A DNA stretch of 32,000 nucleotides from Isorropodon fossajaponicum endosymbiont JTNG4. GTDB lineage: Bacteria; Pseudomonadota; Gammaproteobacteria; PS1; Pseudothioglobaceae. Positions 1 through 10,992 of this stretch are shown piece by piece. The position numbers and the translations under genes were made by a program. The notes beneath the pieces were generated by a model. The model was not told the DNA's origin and made no database searches. It saw nothing but the letters and a program-made list of their open reading frames with translations. The first letter of the stretch is position 1. Every line of letters begins with the position of its first letter. Where the stretch lies: positions 1,415,998-1,447,997 of the forward strand of contig NZ_AP013043.1 of the NCBI RefSeq assembly GCF_016592615.1, in the 5' to 3' direction.

Positions 1-345
1 TTGTGTTTGATAGCACCGGGAATTGGTTTTGGTTTTCTTATGGTTGTAGGCACTCAATTTGCGCTAGAGGGGGGTAACATGCCAAAATCTTGGCTTATTG
101 CAATCATTCCTTTCTTTTTAGTCAACAACCTTCTTTTACTTAATCAATATCCTGATATTCATGCTGATGCTAATGTTGGTAGAAAGCATTTTCCCATTGC
201 TTACGGTGTAAAAACCAGTAACATAATTTATGGGTTATTTATTGCATTAACAATAATTACAATTGTGTTATTTATTGTTAGCGGCTATTTGCCAGTGCTA
301 AGTTTGGTTGCATTGCCGCCAATACCACTTGCGTTTTTTCCCTAA
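1..345 (+). CDS. UbiA-family (MenA-like) prenyltransferase, C-terminal part; 5' end outside window
   Basis: ORF open from base 1. Hydrophobic multi-TM sequence with NQYPDIHADANVGRKHFPI, typical of UbiA/MenA prenyltransferases. The stop at 343-345 follows a T6C3 run. A 1-nt shift there would extend the frame to about 411 (LKGAVQYAEAIGDFPSLF...), so the 3' end may be frameshifted (low confidence). Confidence 0.6.
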   Translation: MCLIAPGIGFGFLMVVGTQFALEGGNMPKSWLIAIIPFFLVNNLLLLNQYPDIHADANVGRKHFPIAYGVKTSNIIYGLFIALTIITIVLFIVSGYLPVLSLVALPPIPLAFFP

Positions 346-523
346 AAGGTGCAGTGCAGTATGCAGAAGCCATTGGTGATTTTCCTTCTTTGTTTAGCAT
401 AAAAATAAACAGCTAAATTTTTAGAGCCAAGCATAATGGCTAAAAAACCAAACCAATCATAAAGTCAACTAACGGCTTTTCTTGTAGTAAAGTAATAAAC
501 CAAAGTGAATTACCCATAGCTAG

Positions 524-1306
524 TTAAATTAAGTTTTCCATTGGGGATGAGGCTGAAGCGTAAGCTTTTTTCATCATTCTACCTGCAAGGAAGGATTCAC
601 GCCCTGCAATGACAGCGTGTTTCATGGCACTTGCCATTAAGACTGGATTGGTGGCATTGGCGATGGCTGAGTTCATTAGTACGCCATCGCAGCCTAGCTC
701 CATAGCCTTGGCAGCATCTGAGGCGCAACCAATACCAGCATCAACCAGTACGGGTACATTAGCGTGCTCTTTGATGAGTTTAATGTTTGCTGGGTTGGCA
801 ATGCCTTGGCCTGAGCCAATGAGTGAGGCAAGTGGCATAATGGCGCAACAGCCGATGCGTTCTAATTCTTTAGCAATGATTGGGTCATCACTGGTGTAAA
901 CCATAACATCAAAACCATCATTAACTAGGGTTTGTGTAGCAGATAGGGTTTCAACAATATTGGGGTATAGGGTTTTTTCATCGCCTAATACTTCTAATTT
1001 AACCAAATTATGCCCGCCTAAAAGTTCACGTGCTAATTGGCACGTACGTACGGCATCTTTAGCGGTGTAGCAACCTGCAGTATTAGGCAAAATGGTGTAT
1101 TCATCGAGGCTGATAACGTCTAATAAATTTGGCTCGTTTTTGTCTTGCCCGATGTTGGTTCGACGAATGGCAACGGTAATAATATCAGCCTGAGCGGCTT
1201 CAGTTGCTAGTTTTGTTTGCGTTAAATCTTTGTATTTTCCTGAGCCAACCAGCAAGCGAGAGTGATAAGTTTTTCCTGCAATTACCAGTGGTGTGTCAGT
1301 CATCAT
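524..1306 (-). CDS. thiG: thiazole synthase ThiG
   Basis: 260-aa ORF. Full-length ThiG-like sequence (LVGSGKY..., [33 protein letters not shown]). No thiS is seen adjacent. Confidence 0.92.
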   Translation of the reverse strand: MMTDTPLVIAGKTYHSRLLVGSGKYKDLTQTKLATEAAQADIITVAIRRTNIGQDKNEPNLLDVISLDEYTILPNTAGCYTAKDAVRTCQLARELLGGHNLVKLEVLGDEKTLYPNIVETLSATQTLVNDGFDVMVYTSDDPIIAKELERIGCCAIMPLASLIGSGQGIANPANIKLIKEHANVPVLVDAGIGCASDAAKAMELGCDGVLMNSAIANATNPVLMASAMKHAVIAGRESFLAGRMMKKAYASASSPMENLI

Positions 1307-1326
1307 CGTAAGGATTTTTTAAGTAA

Positions 1327-1418
1327 TGGCGGAGAGTGAGGGATTTGAACCCTCGATAGGGGATAAACCCTATACACCCTTAGCAGGGGCGCGCCTTCAG
1401 CCACTCGGCCAACTCTCC
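1327..1418 (-). tRNA. tRNA-Ser (anticodon GCT), CCA encoded
   Basis: The reverse complement reads GGAGAGTTGGCCGAGTGG...CTGCTAA (anticodon loop)...long variable arm...GGTTCAAATCCCTCACTCTCCGCCA. It folds as a class II cloverleaf. TATAAT lies on the same strand at 1430-1435, 12 nt upstream. Confidence 0.93.
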
Positions 1419-1466
1419 GTGAGAGAAACATTATACGCTAAGTTGTTAAAATTTAAATGCCGAGTT

Positions 1467-1871
1467 TTAGAAACCATACTGGTATTTTAGGTTGATTTTT
1501 CGGTAGCGTTCTTTAGGGTCAAGTTTGAGTCGTATTTTGCCCCAGTCGCCTTTGAATTTGACTTTTTCCTCTAATGCTTCAAGCTTCATTTTGACATTGA
1601 GAATGGCTTGTTCTGATTTGCTCCATTGCTCGTCATAACTAATGGGTATGCCTAGTTGGTATTCATGATAAAGCAGTTGGCTTTTGATGTCATCTGCTTG
1701 ATTTTTAATATCAAAGACGTTTTCACCTGGCTCATAGCTAATTTCAAGGTTAAGTACTTTAACATCTGATGCTTTGACTGTTTGGATAATATTTGTTGTT
1801 TGCGCTAAACTGTAATTGACTAGAACACTAAAGCCAAAGGTTAAAGCGAGTAATGATTTTAGGAAAACCAA
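1467..1871 (-). CDS. hypothetical secreted protein (signal peptide; C-terminal YQYGF)
   Basis: 134-aa ORF with an N-terminal hydrophobic signal-like segment (LLALTFGFSVLVNYSLA) and an aromatic C-terminus. Overlaps the upstream 73-aa ORF by 13 nt. No family recognised. Confidence 0.5.
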   Translation of the reverse strand: MVFLKSLLALTFGFSVLVNYSLAQTTNIIQTVKASDVKVLNLEISYEPGENVFDIKNQADDIKSQLLYHEYQLGIPISYDEQWSKSEQAILNVKMKLEALEEKVKFKGDWGKIRLKLDPKERYRKINLKYQYGF

Positions 1872-2080
1872 TGGTAAATTCCTAATGTATTAACGCAAAC
1901 AAAAACCGTATTAAGCAACACTAGAGAATTATCATTATTTTTAGCACCTTGAACAATCCAACTAATGGCCGATGCCATAAAAAAAAAATAGCCAAATTTA
2001 GACCATTCAAAGTTAAGTGCTACTAATAAGCCACCCGTAATGCCAGTAACCGTGCCAAACCAGCCCCAAGCGTTATTCAT
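1859..2080 (-). CDS. small three-TM membrane protein, unknown function
   Basis: 73-aa ORF with three hydrophobic segments. Its start overlaps the osmC-like stop, which suggests operon context. No family recognised with certainty. Confidence 0.45.
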   Translation of the reverse strand: MNNAWGWFGTVTGITGGLLVALNFEWSKFGYFFFMASAISWIVQGAKNNDNSLVLLNTVFVCVNTLGIYHWFS

Positions 2081-2486
2081 GAATTTCGAAATCGTGCGTA
2101 ACTTGGGCGGTTTTCCCTAGCATGATGGCAGCAGAGCAATGTTTATCTGCAGATAAACTGATTGCTTTGGCTACTTTTTTGTCATTTAAGTTGTGCCCCT
2201 TAATAACAAAGTGAATATGAATCTCAGTAAATACTTTTGGATGCTCATCTGCACGTTTAGCGGTAATTTCTGCGTAGCAATCTTGCACTTCTTCACGCAT
2301 TTTTTTTAAAGTTGAAACAACATCAACGGTGGTGCAACCACCCATACCAAGTAGTAGCATTTCCATGGGGCGAATGCCTAAATTTTTGCCACCCAGCCCT
2401 TCAGGGCCGTCCATAACCACAGCGTGACCACTGGCTGATTCGCCGACCATCATCATGTTATCAATCCATTTAATGGTTGTTTTCAT
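2073..2486 (-). CDS. OsmC/Ohr-family peroxiredoxin-like protein
   Basis: 137 aa. OsmC-family pattern including GMGGCTTVDVVSTLKKMR and a second Cys (DKHCSAA). ATGA start/stop overlap with trpC. Confidence 0.8.
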   Translation of the reverse strand: MKTTIKWIDNMMMVGESASGHAVVMDGPEGLGGKNLGIRPMEMLLLGMGGCTTVDVVSTLKKMREEVQDCYAEITAKRADEHPKVFTEIHIHFVIKGHNLNDKKVAKAISLSADKHCSAAIMLGKTAQVTHDFEIHE

Positions 2487-3280
2487 GCAAAAATCTCTCG
2501 TAATGCTTGCCCTGGGTTGGGCTGGCGCATAAAGGCTTCACCCACCAAATAGCTGTGAATATTATTTAATTTCATAAGTGCTACGTTTTCAGCGTTTAAA
2601 ATGCCACTTTCAGTGATGACCAGAGTATCCCCCTTGATTTCTTTTAATAAGTCTATTGTCGTTTGTAAAGAGACTTCAAACGTGCGCAGATTGCGATTGT
2701 TAATACCTATCATTGGCAGGTTAAGTTTGAGTGTGCGTTTAAGTTCTTTTAAGTTGTGCACTTCAATTAATACATCCATACTTAGGGAGATTGCTAATGA
2801 TGAAAACTCATTCATTTGCGTGTCAGTTAAACAAGCAGTGATGAGTAAAATACAGTCTGAACCCATTACGCGTGCTTCATAAACTTGGTAAGCATCAATA
2901 ATAAATTCTTTGCGTAAAACGGGTAGTGACACGGTTGCTCTTGCGTCAATTAAGTATTGATTATCACCTTGGAAAAAATCTTTATCAGTAAGGATGGATA
3001 AGCAAGTAGCACCCCCTAGCTCATAACTTTTGGCGATTTCAACCGGGTTAAAACCTTTGCGTAAAACACCTTTTGAGGGGGAGGCTTTTTTAATCTCAGC
3101 AATCACAGCATTTTGCTTGGCATCTACTTTGGTTTTAAGGGCTTGGTAAAAACCACGTGTTTTTGATGCGTTTTTTGATTGCTCAACAACCTCTGCCAAA
3201 GGCATGGTTTTTATACATTGCGCAATTTCTTGTTGCTTTCTAGCAATAATTTTTTTTAAAATATCAGGGGTATTTGTCAT
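2483..3280 (-). CDS. trpC: indole-3-glycerol-phosphate synthase
   Basis: The tracked ORF runs to 3388, but TrpC homology begins at MTNTPDILKKIIARKQQEI (ATG at 3280). Motifs EIKKASPSKG, LSILTD..FFQG and INNRNLRTFEV are present. Confidence 0.9.
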   Translation of the reverse strand: MTNTPDILKKIIARKQQEIAQCIKTMPLAEVVEQSKNASKTRGFYQALKTKVDAKQNAVIAEIKKASPSKGVLRKGFNPVEIAKSYELGGATCLSILTDKDFFQGDNQYLIDARATVSLPVLRKEFIIDAYQVYEARVMGSDCILLITACLTDTQMNEFSSLAISLSMDVLIEVHNLKELKRTLKLNLPMIGINNRNLRTFEVSLQTTIDLLKEIKGDTLVITESGILNAENVALMKLNNIHSYLVGEAFMRQPNPGQALREIFA

Positions 3281-3348
3281 GATTAAGTATTTTAAATGAA
3301 TTGTATAACTTATAATTAAACTTTGAATTTTTAAGCAAGACTTAAGCC

Positions 3349-4182
3349 ATGAAATTACTAGGTTTTGAAGTAGGTATTGATCAGCCATTTTTTTTAATAG
3401 CAGGTCCCTGCGTTATTGAATCTGAAGCTTTGGCAATGGAAACAGCGACTTATTTGGCAAAAGTCACCAGTGATTTAGGCATCAACTTTATTTATAAGTC
3501 ATCCTATGATAAGGCAAATCGAACCAGTGCCAATAGTTTTAGAGGTTTGGGGTTGGAGCAAGGTCTAAGAATTTTGCAAAAAGTTAAAGATGAAGTTAGT
3601 GTGCCTGTTTTAACCGATGTTCATGAAGACACACCACTTGATGAAGTGGCAAGTGTGGTTGATATGATGCAAACACCTGCTTTTTTGGTGCGTCAAACTA
3701 ATTTTATTCAAAATGTTTGTAAACAGGGCTTGCCTGTTAATATCAAAAAAGGCCAATTTCAAGCCCCTTGGGATATGAACAATGTGATTGAAAAGGCTCG
3801 TGCCACAGGCAATCAACAAATTACTGTGTGTGATCGTGGCACTTCGTTTGGCTATAACACTTTGGTTTCTGATATGCGTGGTTTGGCAAGTATGCGTAGT
3901 ACAAATTGCCCCGTGGTGTTTGATGCTACGCATTCAGTACAACAGCCTGGTGGACAAGGCACAACCTCAGGTGGTCAGCGAGAAATGGTGCCAGTTCTGG
4001 CAAGAGCGGCCGTTGCTGTTGGTATTAGTGGTATTTTTATGGAAACCCACCCAGATCCTGGGAATGCCAAGAGCGACGGCCCTAATTCTATGCCGATTGA
4101 TAAAATGGACGAACTGCTTAAAACCTTGCAAGAATTAGACAATATAACTAAGAAAAATGGCTTTTTAGAAGATAATTTGTAA
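3349..4182 (+). CDS. kdsA: 3-deoxy-8-phosphooctulonate synthase
   Basis: 277 aa. Full-length KdsA-like sequence ([35 protein letters not shown]). Confidence 0.93.
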   Translation: MKLLGFEVGIDQPFFLIAGPCVIESEALAMETATYLAKVTSDLGINFIYKSSYDKANRTSANSFRGLGLEQGLRILQKVKDEVSVPVLTDVHEDTPLDEVASVVDMMQTPAFLVRQTNFIQNVCKQGLPVNIKKGQFQAPWDMNNVIEKARATGNQQITVCDRGTSFGYNTLVSDMRGLASMRSTNCPVVFDATHSVQQPGGQGTTSGGQREMVPVLARAAVAVGISGIFMETHPDPGNAKSDGPNSMPIDKMDELLKTLQELDNITKKNGFLEDNL

Positions 4183-4196
4183 AAACATTTGTCTGT

Positions 4197-4603
4197 TTAT
4201 GTGGCTAATCTTAAGGCGCGAAAAAATCTTTTGCGTTGTTGTTGGTCTAATGATAGCGCCGTTTCTTTAATAAAGTTTTTTATCAATTTATCCTTTTGCC
4301 GTTTTAATTGCGCTAGTTGTTGGCTTTTTTCCTCATATAAACTTGGTTCGAACACAGGCGCTAATAATAGATTAAAAATATCTGAATATAAGTGCCTGGT
4401 TTTCTTATGATTGGTTATTTCTTGTTGTTGAAATAGTTGTAATTTTTCTTTTAATTGTTGTTGTGCATTGGGTAAATACGCCAAGCTGTTTGAGAATTTT
4501 ATATGTAATGGCTTTTTATGATGACCATGCCAATGTGAAAGCCGATTAGTAAAATATTTAACAGTAGTGAAATGGTTAAAATAATTTTAATTTTTTTACT
4601 CAT
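4197..4603 (-). pseudogene. Spy/CpxP/ZraP-like periplasmic protein with His-rich N-terminus, frameshifted
   Basis: A signal-anchor segment MSKKIKIILTISLLLNILLIGF (ATG 4603, overlapping the anti-sigma stop as ATGAGTAA) stops at 4499-4501. A second frame reads SHWHGHHKKPLHIKF...QQQLKEKLQLF...RKRFFRALRL to 4197. One extra T in the run at 4538-4540 (coding strand) would join the frames as GFSHWHGHH. Confidence 0.55.
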
Positions 4604-4880
4604 AAAAAGCACCTTGTTGATAATCAGAAAATAAATAAGCGTCTTGGTCTGCTATATCGTTAGTTGAGCCCCAGCCAATAACAATTCCTAGGATTAAAAT
4701 AAATATCAGTATTATTTTTTTCGGTAGTATTAATAGACTTAACGCCATGACTTCTGAAGGCATGTAGGCGTTTGATTGAGCTTTTCTTTTTTTAATAATA
4801 TTTTGAATGGCATAAGCAGAGGGTGCTTGAACCTTTAGCTTGTTAAGTTGTAATTGGAGTTCTTTATCGTTATTAAACAT
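4596..4880 (-). CDS. putative anti-sigma factor (single-pass membrane protein)
   Basis: 94-aa ORF immediately downstream of the ECF sigma gene, with one central TM segment. Assignment rests on position only. Confidence 0.45.
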   Translation of the reverse strand: MFNNDKELQLQLNKLKVQAPSAYAIQNIIKKRKAQSNAYMPSEVMALSLLILPKKIILIFILILGIVIGWGSTNDIADQDAYLFSDYQQGAFYE

Positions 4881-4888
4881 AATTTTTA

Positions 4889-5428
4889 TTATAGATTAAG
4901 TTTTTGCTTGAGTTGTGCCTTGCCACGCATGAGTAATGATTGCAAGGCCTTAAGTCGGATGTTCATAATTTGAGCAGCTTGTTTGTTGCTCATGTTTTCA
5001 TAAAAGCATAAAACAATTGCTAAACGCTGTCGCTTAGGCAATGAAATAATGGCTTGTTTAAGATTAAATTGCGCTTATTCTTGTTCTAAATTTTCTTCCA
5101 AATCGGACGGGTCTGCGACATGGTCAATATGTTCAATTAATTGTGTTTTAATTTTTTTCTTATAATCTAGGCACAAATTAGCAATCACTCTATAAAACCA
5201 AGTGGTAAAAAGACTTTTTTCAGATTGATAACTATTAGGATTGTTCCAAAGTTTTAAAAAGGCTTCTTGGACAATATCTTGAGCATCATTTTGATTGAAC
5301 AACATGCGATAAGACATAGCATAAAAACGCTGATGATGTCTTTGAACCAAAATATCAAATACCTGATGATGGTGTTTTTGAATCAAAATCATCAAGCATT
5401 CGTCATTTTTCTTACTAATAACGCTCAT
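4889..5428 (-). pseudogene. ECF (sigma-70 family) RNA polymerase sigma factor interrupted by an in-frame TAA
   Basis: Region 2 is in the 117-aa ORF (DAQDIVQEAFLKLW, FTTWFYRVIANLCLDYKKK). After TAA at 5075-5077 the same frame continues: AQFNLKQAIISLPKRQRLAIVLCFYENMSNKQAAQIMNIRLKALQSLLMRGKAQLKQKLNL (region 4), with a stop at 4889-4891. Confidence 0.8.
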
Positions 5429-5462
5429 TAAATTATTAGAGAGTTACTTTTAGTAAGCGTAA

Positions 5463-5724
5463 TTAAAACATCCTCCTCATTGGTTGATGTTGATTTCGTC
5501 TATAATTCCTCATTTCATTTTGTGTTAATACGCCATCACCATTCGTATCCATTTGAGAGAATTTTGCTTTTTTAAGTGTGATAAATTCATCCAAGGTAAT
5601 TTTTTTTATCAGCATTATTCACAGGGTCTTGATCACATGTTTTGCCATTATCGCTAAAAGCATAACTACTTGTTGTTAACAATAAAGTTGTTGTTAGGGT
5701 TAATATTAATAGTTGTTTTTTCAT
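5463..5724 (-). pseudogene. small secreted EF-hand protein, frameshifted in an A8 tract
   Basis: ATG at 5724 gives MKKQLLILTLTTTLLLTTSSYAFSDNGKTCDQDPVNNADKK, followed by A8 (T8 at 5600-5607 on +). In the next frame: ITLDEFITLKKAKFSQMDTNGDGVLTQNEMRNYRR..., which contains a canonical EF-hand loop DxNxDGxxxxxE. The span is 262 nt, which is 3n+1. Confidence 0.6.
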
Positions 5725-5825
5725 GGTTATTTCCTTATATTTTAGTTAGGTCACATAAAATATCTTACTGACACTAATTGATACGAGATATTAACTTAAA
5801 GTCTTCGGTTGTAAGCCTCAAATAT

Positions 5826-6382
5826 TTACTTTTTACCAAGCATTCTATGCAAGGTGCTATCTTTATCGATAAAATAGTGTTTTAACGCACCGATGATATG
5901 CAATGTAATAGAAAATATCATTATTTTTCCACCCAATCCGTGCAAGGTATTACCCAAACTTGCAAGAGATTTACTAAGTGGTATCACTTTTCCTGGATTC
6001 CATTCATCCGGATTGATTGCTAGCAACTCCAAGCCAAAGATAGATAAGCCATGTCCACCTGCACCTGACATTAACATACCGGAGATTGGCATCATCACTG
6101 TGCCAATAATTAACATCCAGTGAATGGTTTTTGCGCCTATTTGTTCAATTCTTTTATATTGACTGACAGGTACAGGCCAGCCATTTTTAATGCGCCAAAT
6201 TACCCATATTAAAATAACGTTAAAGAGTAGAATGCCGATTGATTTGTGTATTGGGTATAGAAAAAAACTTTGTTTTCCTCCATGTATATACCCACTACAA
6301 TTAATGCAATAAAAACAATGGCAACGAGCCAATGTAGTGAGATGGTAATTAAAGAGAGTTTTTGCTTGTTGTCTTTTGTCAT
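5826..6382 (-). pseudogene. cytochrome b561 family protein, frameshifted in a T7/A7 tract
   Basis: The N-terminus MTKDNKQKLSLITISLHWLVAIVFIALIVVGIYMEENKVFF is in one frame. The rest, FFLYPIHKSIGILLFNVILIWVI...HIIGALKHYF, is in another and carries the conserved His residues of the b561/CybB type. The frames meet at the A7 run 6261-6267. Confidence 0.75.
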
Positions 6383-6535
6383 TTTGCATGCCTTCAAATC
6401 AGTTAAAAAATAATATCCAACTTACGTAGTACGAGCCATATATTAAAAACCTTCGTTTTTTCGTAAATTTTCTTTATAAATGGTATTATTTGAAGATTGT
6501 ACGATATTTTTTTAAACACCTAGACAAAGCAATCC

Positions 6536-8345
<1,810 letters not shown>

Positions 8346-8522
8346 CTAAAAATAAAAAGTATAAACACCCAATATTCTTAAGAATTAAACCAAAAGCAAC
8401 CAATTAAAGCAACTGTGGTATGTTTTGATTTAAGGCAGATAAGAAGTTTTATGTAATGGTCTTTCTGTGATTATTGTTTTTACGTTGTATAATTACAACT
8501 TGATTTAACAAAAGATGAACAA

Positions 8523-9266
8523 ATGGTAAGAATAGCAGTATCGGGTAGTAATGGCAGAATGGGTCAGGCGATTATTGAAGTGATTGAGCAATCAGATGAG
8601 GTTGAGTTAGGCGTTAAGATTGATCAGGATAATAATTTAATTGATTATTTGGATAAATTTGATGTGCTTATTGACTTTACTTGTCCAGTAGCCACACTTG
8701 GCTATTTAGCAATTTGTGCTAAGGCAGGCAAGAAAATGGTTATTGGTACGACAGGTTTTAATGATAATGAACTAAATCAATTAACCGCCCTTGCACGGAA
8801 TACACCTATTATGTTTGCGCCTAATATGAGCGTGGGTGTTAATTTATCTTTAAAGCTTTTGGAAATGGCGGCAAAAGTAGTGGGAGAAGAAAGCGATATT
8901 GAAATTATTGAGACGCATCACCGCTTTAAGGTGGATGCCCCTAGTGGCACTGCATTAAAGATGGGTGAGGTGATTGCTGATACCTTGGGCAGAGACTTAA
9001 AAACGTGCGCCGTTTATGGACGAGAAGGCATTGAGCAGGTAAGAGATAAAAATACCATTGGATTTTCCACAATTCGTGGTGGTGATGTGGTGGGTGAACA
9101 TACGGTGAGTTTTTTTATGCAAGGCGAGCGTGTAGAAATTACCCATAAGGCTTCATCAAGAATGACCTTTGCACTTGGGGCGCTCCGTGCGGCAATTTGG
9201 CTGGATAAAGCACCCTCTAACAAAGGCTGTATTTACTCAATGAAAGACGTATTGGAGATTACTTAA
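8523..9266 (+). CDS. dapB: 4-hydroxy-tetrahydrodipicolinate reductase
   Basis: 247 aa. Motifs GSNGRMG, IGTTGF and [16 protein letters not shown] are present. Confidence 0.92.
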   Translation: MVRIAVSGSNGRMGQAIIEVIEQSDEVELGVKIDQDNNLIDYLDKFDVLIDFTCPVATLGYLAICAKAGKKMVIGTTGFNDNELNQLTALARNTPIMFAPNMSVGVNLSLKLLEMAAKVVGEESDIEIIETHHRFKVDAPSGTALKMGEVIADTLGRDLKTCAVYGREGIEQVRDKNTIGFSTIRGGDVVGEHTVSFFMQGERVEITHKASSRMTFALGALRAAIWLDKAPSNKGCIYSMKDVLEIT

Positions 9267-9272
9267 AAAAAA

Positions 9273-9831
9273 ATGCGACTACATGCACATAAAGTGCCAC
9301 TCATTTTATTGGCAATTTATACAGTTTTGCTTACTATATTAGCAATTAGTCCTTATGATAGAGCCACTTGGTGAGCGGAAAATATTCCAGTTTTGACTGT
9401 TGTGGGTGTTTTAGTGCTTACTTATTCTAGCTTCAAATTTTGCTTATGTGTTAATGGGTTTATTTTTGTGTTATCACACTATTGGTGGGCACTTTACTTT
9501 TGAACTAGTGCCATTTGATTGGAGTAATCATCTATTATCAACATTGGGTTTTGATTTTGTTATCCCTGAAGGGCGAAATAATTTTGACCGCTTAGGGCAT
9601 TTTTTGGTTGGTATTTTCTCCTATGCTGTGGTTGAGATTAGTGTGCGTAAAAAGTGGGTGAGCAACAACTTTATGGCTTGGCCATTGGGTGTATTTGCCC
9701 TAGGTTTTTGGGCGGCAAGTTATGAAATAATTGAAATGGTTTATGTCATTACTGAAGGTGGAGAGTCGGGAGCAACTTTTTTAGGCTCTCAAGGTGATAT
9801 TTGGGATACTCAAAAAGATATGTTGCTTTGA
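9273..9831 (+). pseudogene. DUF2238 (YjdF-like) membrane protein with in-frame TGA and a frameshift
   Basis: ATG at 9273 gives MRLHAHKVPLILLAIYTVLLTILAISPYDRATW, then TGA at 9372-9374. The same frame continues AENIPVLTVVGVLVLTYSSFKF. The family-typical LMGLFLCYHTIGGHFTFELVPFDW... follows in another frame (tracked ORF 9448-9831). Confidence 0.65.
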
Positions 9832-9908
9832 TATATTAGGCGCTTGTATATTTGGGTTATTAGCGCTGTTTAATCAGCGTAATTAGCAGGAGAGGCATTA
9901 AAAAAATT

Positions 9909-10208
9909 ATGTTATATGCTATTATTTCACAAGATGTTGAGGATTCGCTAGAGAAAAGAGTGTTAGTACGTCTAGAACATATTAAGCGATTAGAGGCTTT
10001 AAAAAAACAAGGGCGCTTAATTTTGGCAGGTCCTCATCCTGCCATTGATACTAATGATCCAGGTAGCGCCGGCTTTACAGGCTCGTTAGTGGTGGCAGAA
10101 TTTGATTCTTTAGAGGCTGCAAAAGTTTGGGCAGATGCAGATCCTTATATCGAGTCTGGTGCCTATGCTAGCATTATTGTTAAACCATTTAAGAAGGTAT
10201 TGCCATGA
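9909..10208 (+). CDS. YciI-family protein
   Basis: 99 aa with a YciI-like pattern ([22 protein letters not shown]...DPYIESGAY). Confidence 0.8.
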   Translation: MLYAIISQDVEDSLEKRVLVRLEHIKRLEALKKQGRLILAGPHPAIDTNDPGSAGFTGSLVVAEFDSLEAAKVWADADPYIESGAYASIIVKPFKKVLP

Positions 10209-10747
10209 GTTTACTACTACGTCCTTTATTTGAAAAAATCAGTTCAACTTATACGTATCTTTTGGCAGATATGCAAACTTTGGACGCTATTATCATTGAT
10301 GCGGTAGATGAAACTAAGCAACGTGATATTGGCTTGATTGAAGAATTGGGTTTGAATCTTAAATATATTCTTGAAACACATGTGCATGCTGATCACATTA
10401 CCAGTTCTTGTCCATTAAAACAGCACTTTACACAGGCTAAAATTGTATACTAGGTTCAGCCAATGAAGTTACTTGTGTGGATATTTTACTCAATGATGGC
10501 GATACTTTATCATTTGGCGCTTATATTTTGAGTGCTATGACAACCCCTGGGCATACAGATGGCTGCATGTCTTATGCGGTGGATAATCAAATCTTTACAG
10601 ACGATACCTTATTGATTGGAAGTTGTAGATAAGCAAGAGTTTGCTCGTCGAGTTAATGCAATGGAGCTAGATTTGCCTAAAAAAATCCATGTTGCAGTAC
10701 CTGCTAATCAAGTTTGTGGTGCAAAAATTATGATTAAGACACCATGA
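10205..10747 (+). pseudogene. MBL-fold hydrolase (ETHE1/GloB-like), frameshifted and internally deleted
   Basis: The N-terminal 82 aa carry the HVHADH metal motif and end at TAG (10451-10453). A second frame reads GSANEVTCVDILLNDGDTLSFGAYILSAMTTPGHTDGCMSY...FTDDTLLIGSCR, then a stop. A third frame gives only the extreme C-terminus, DKQEFARRVNAMELDLPKKIHVAVPANQVCG. The central roughly 70 aa expected between these parts is missing. Confidence 0.75.
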
Positions 10748-10992
10748 AGGGCTATTCACTAGACCCACATCCAAGTATTAGCGTTGTTAAAGAAGTATTT
10801 GCTGTGGTCAGAATTCCAAGAATTAAGCGTGAGCGTGTACCGTCCAATAATGTTGAAGTGGTTGAAGATTTAGACATTGCTATGGAGAAATCAGACCCTG
10901 GTAATCATCTGTATGCTGCAAAAGTACTAGGTCCGTCTAGGTCATCTGAAGGCATGACTTTGTATTATATTTTAGAAATGTATAACGCTTAA
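10744..10992 (+). CDS. hypothetical protein (82 aa)
   Basis: ORF joined by ATGA overlap to the upstream pseudogene and by TAATG overlap to the downstream gene. No family recognised. Confidence 0.45.
   Translation: MKGYSLDPHPSISVVKEVFAVVRIPRIKRERVPSNNVEVVEDLDIAMEKSDPGNHLYAAKVLGPSRSSEGMTLYYILEMYNA

Noticed and set aside
349-517. Small hydrophobic reading frame on the minus strand just downstream of thiG (MGNSLWFITLLQEKPLVDFMIGLVF, continuing in another frame as LAIMLGSKNLAVYFYAKQRRK...).
   Set aside because: It needs a frameshift to exceed 25 codons and I recognise no family. It could be a gene relic or the frameshifted tail region of the convergent UbiA-family gene. Support is insufficient to annotate it.
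609-899. Antisense or shadow ORFs inside well-supported genes: 609-899, 2601-2882, 3610-3933, 3788-4138, 9014-9223, 12641-13158, 17147-17719, 18654-18974, 19191-20696, 21818-22006, 23096-23637, 23692-24159, 24953-25153 and 30924-31127.
   Set aside because: Each lies wholly within, and opposite to or out of frame with, a full-length conserved housekeeping gene. Their sequences are low-complexity with no recognisable family. They are typical shadow ORFs.
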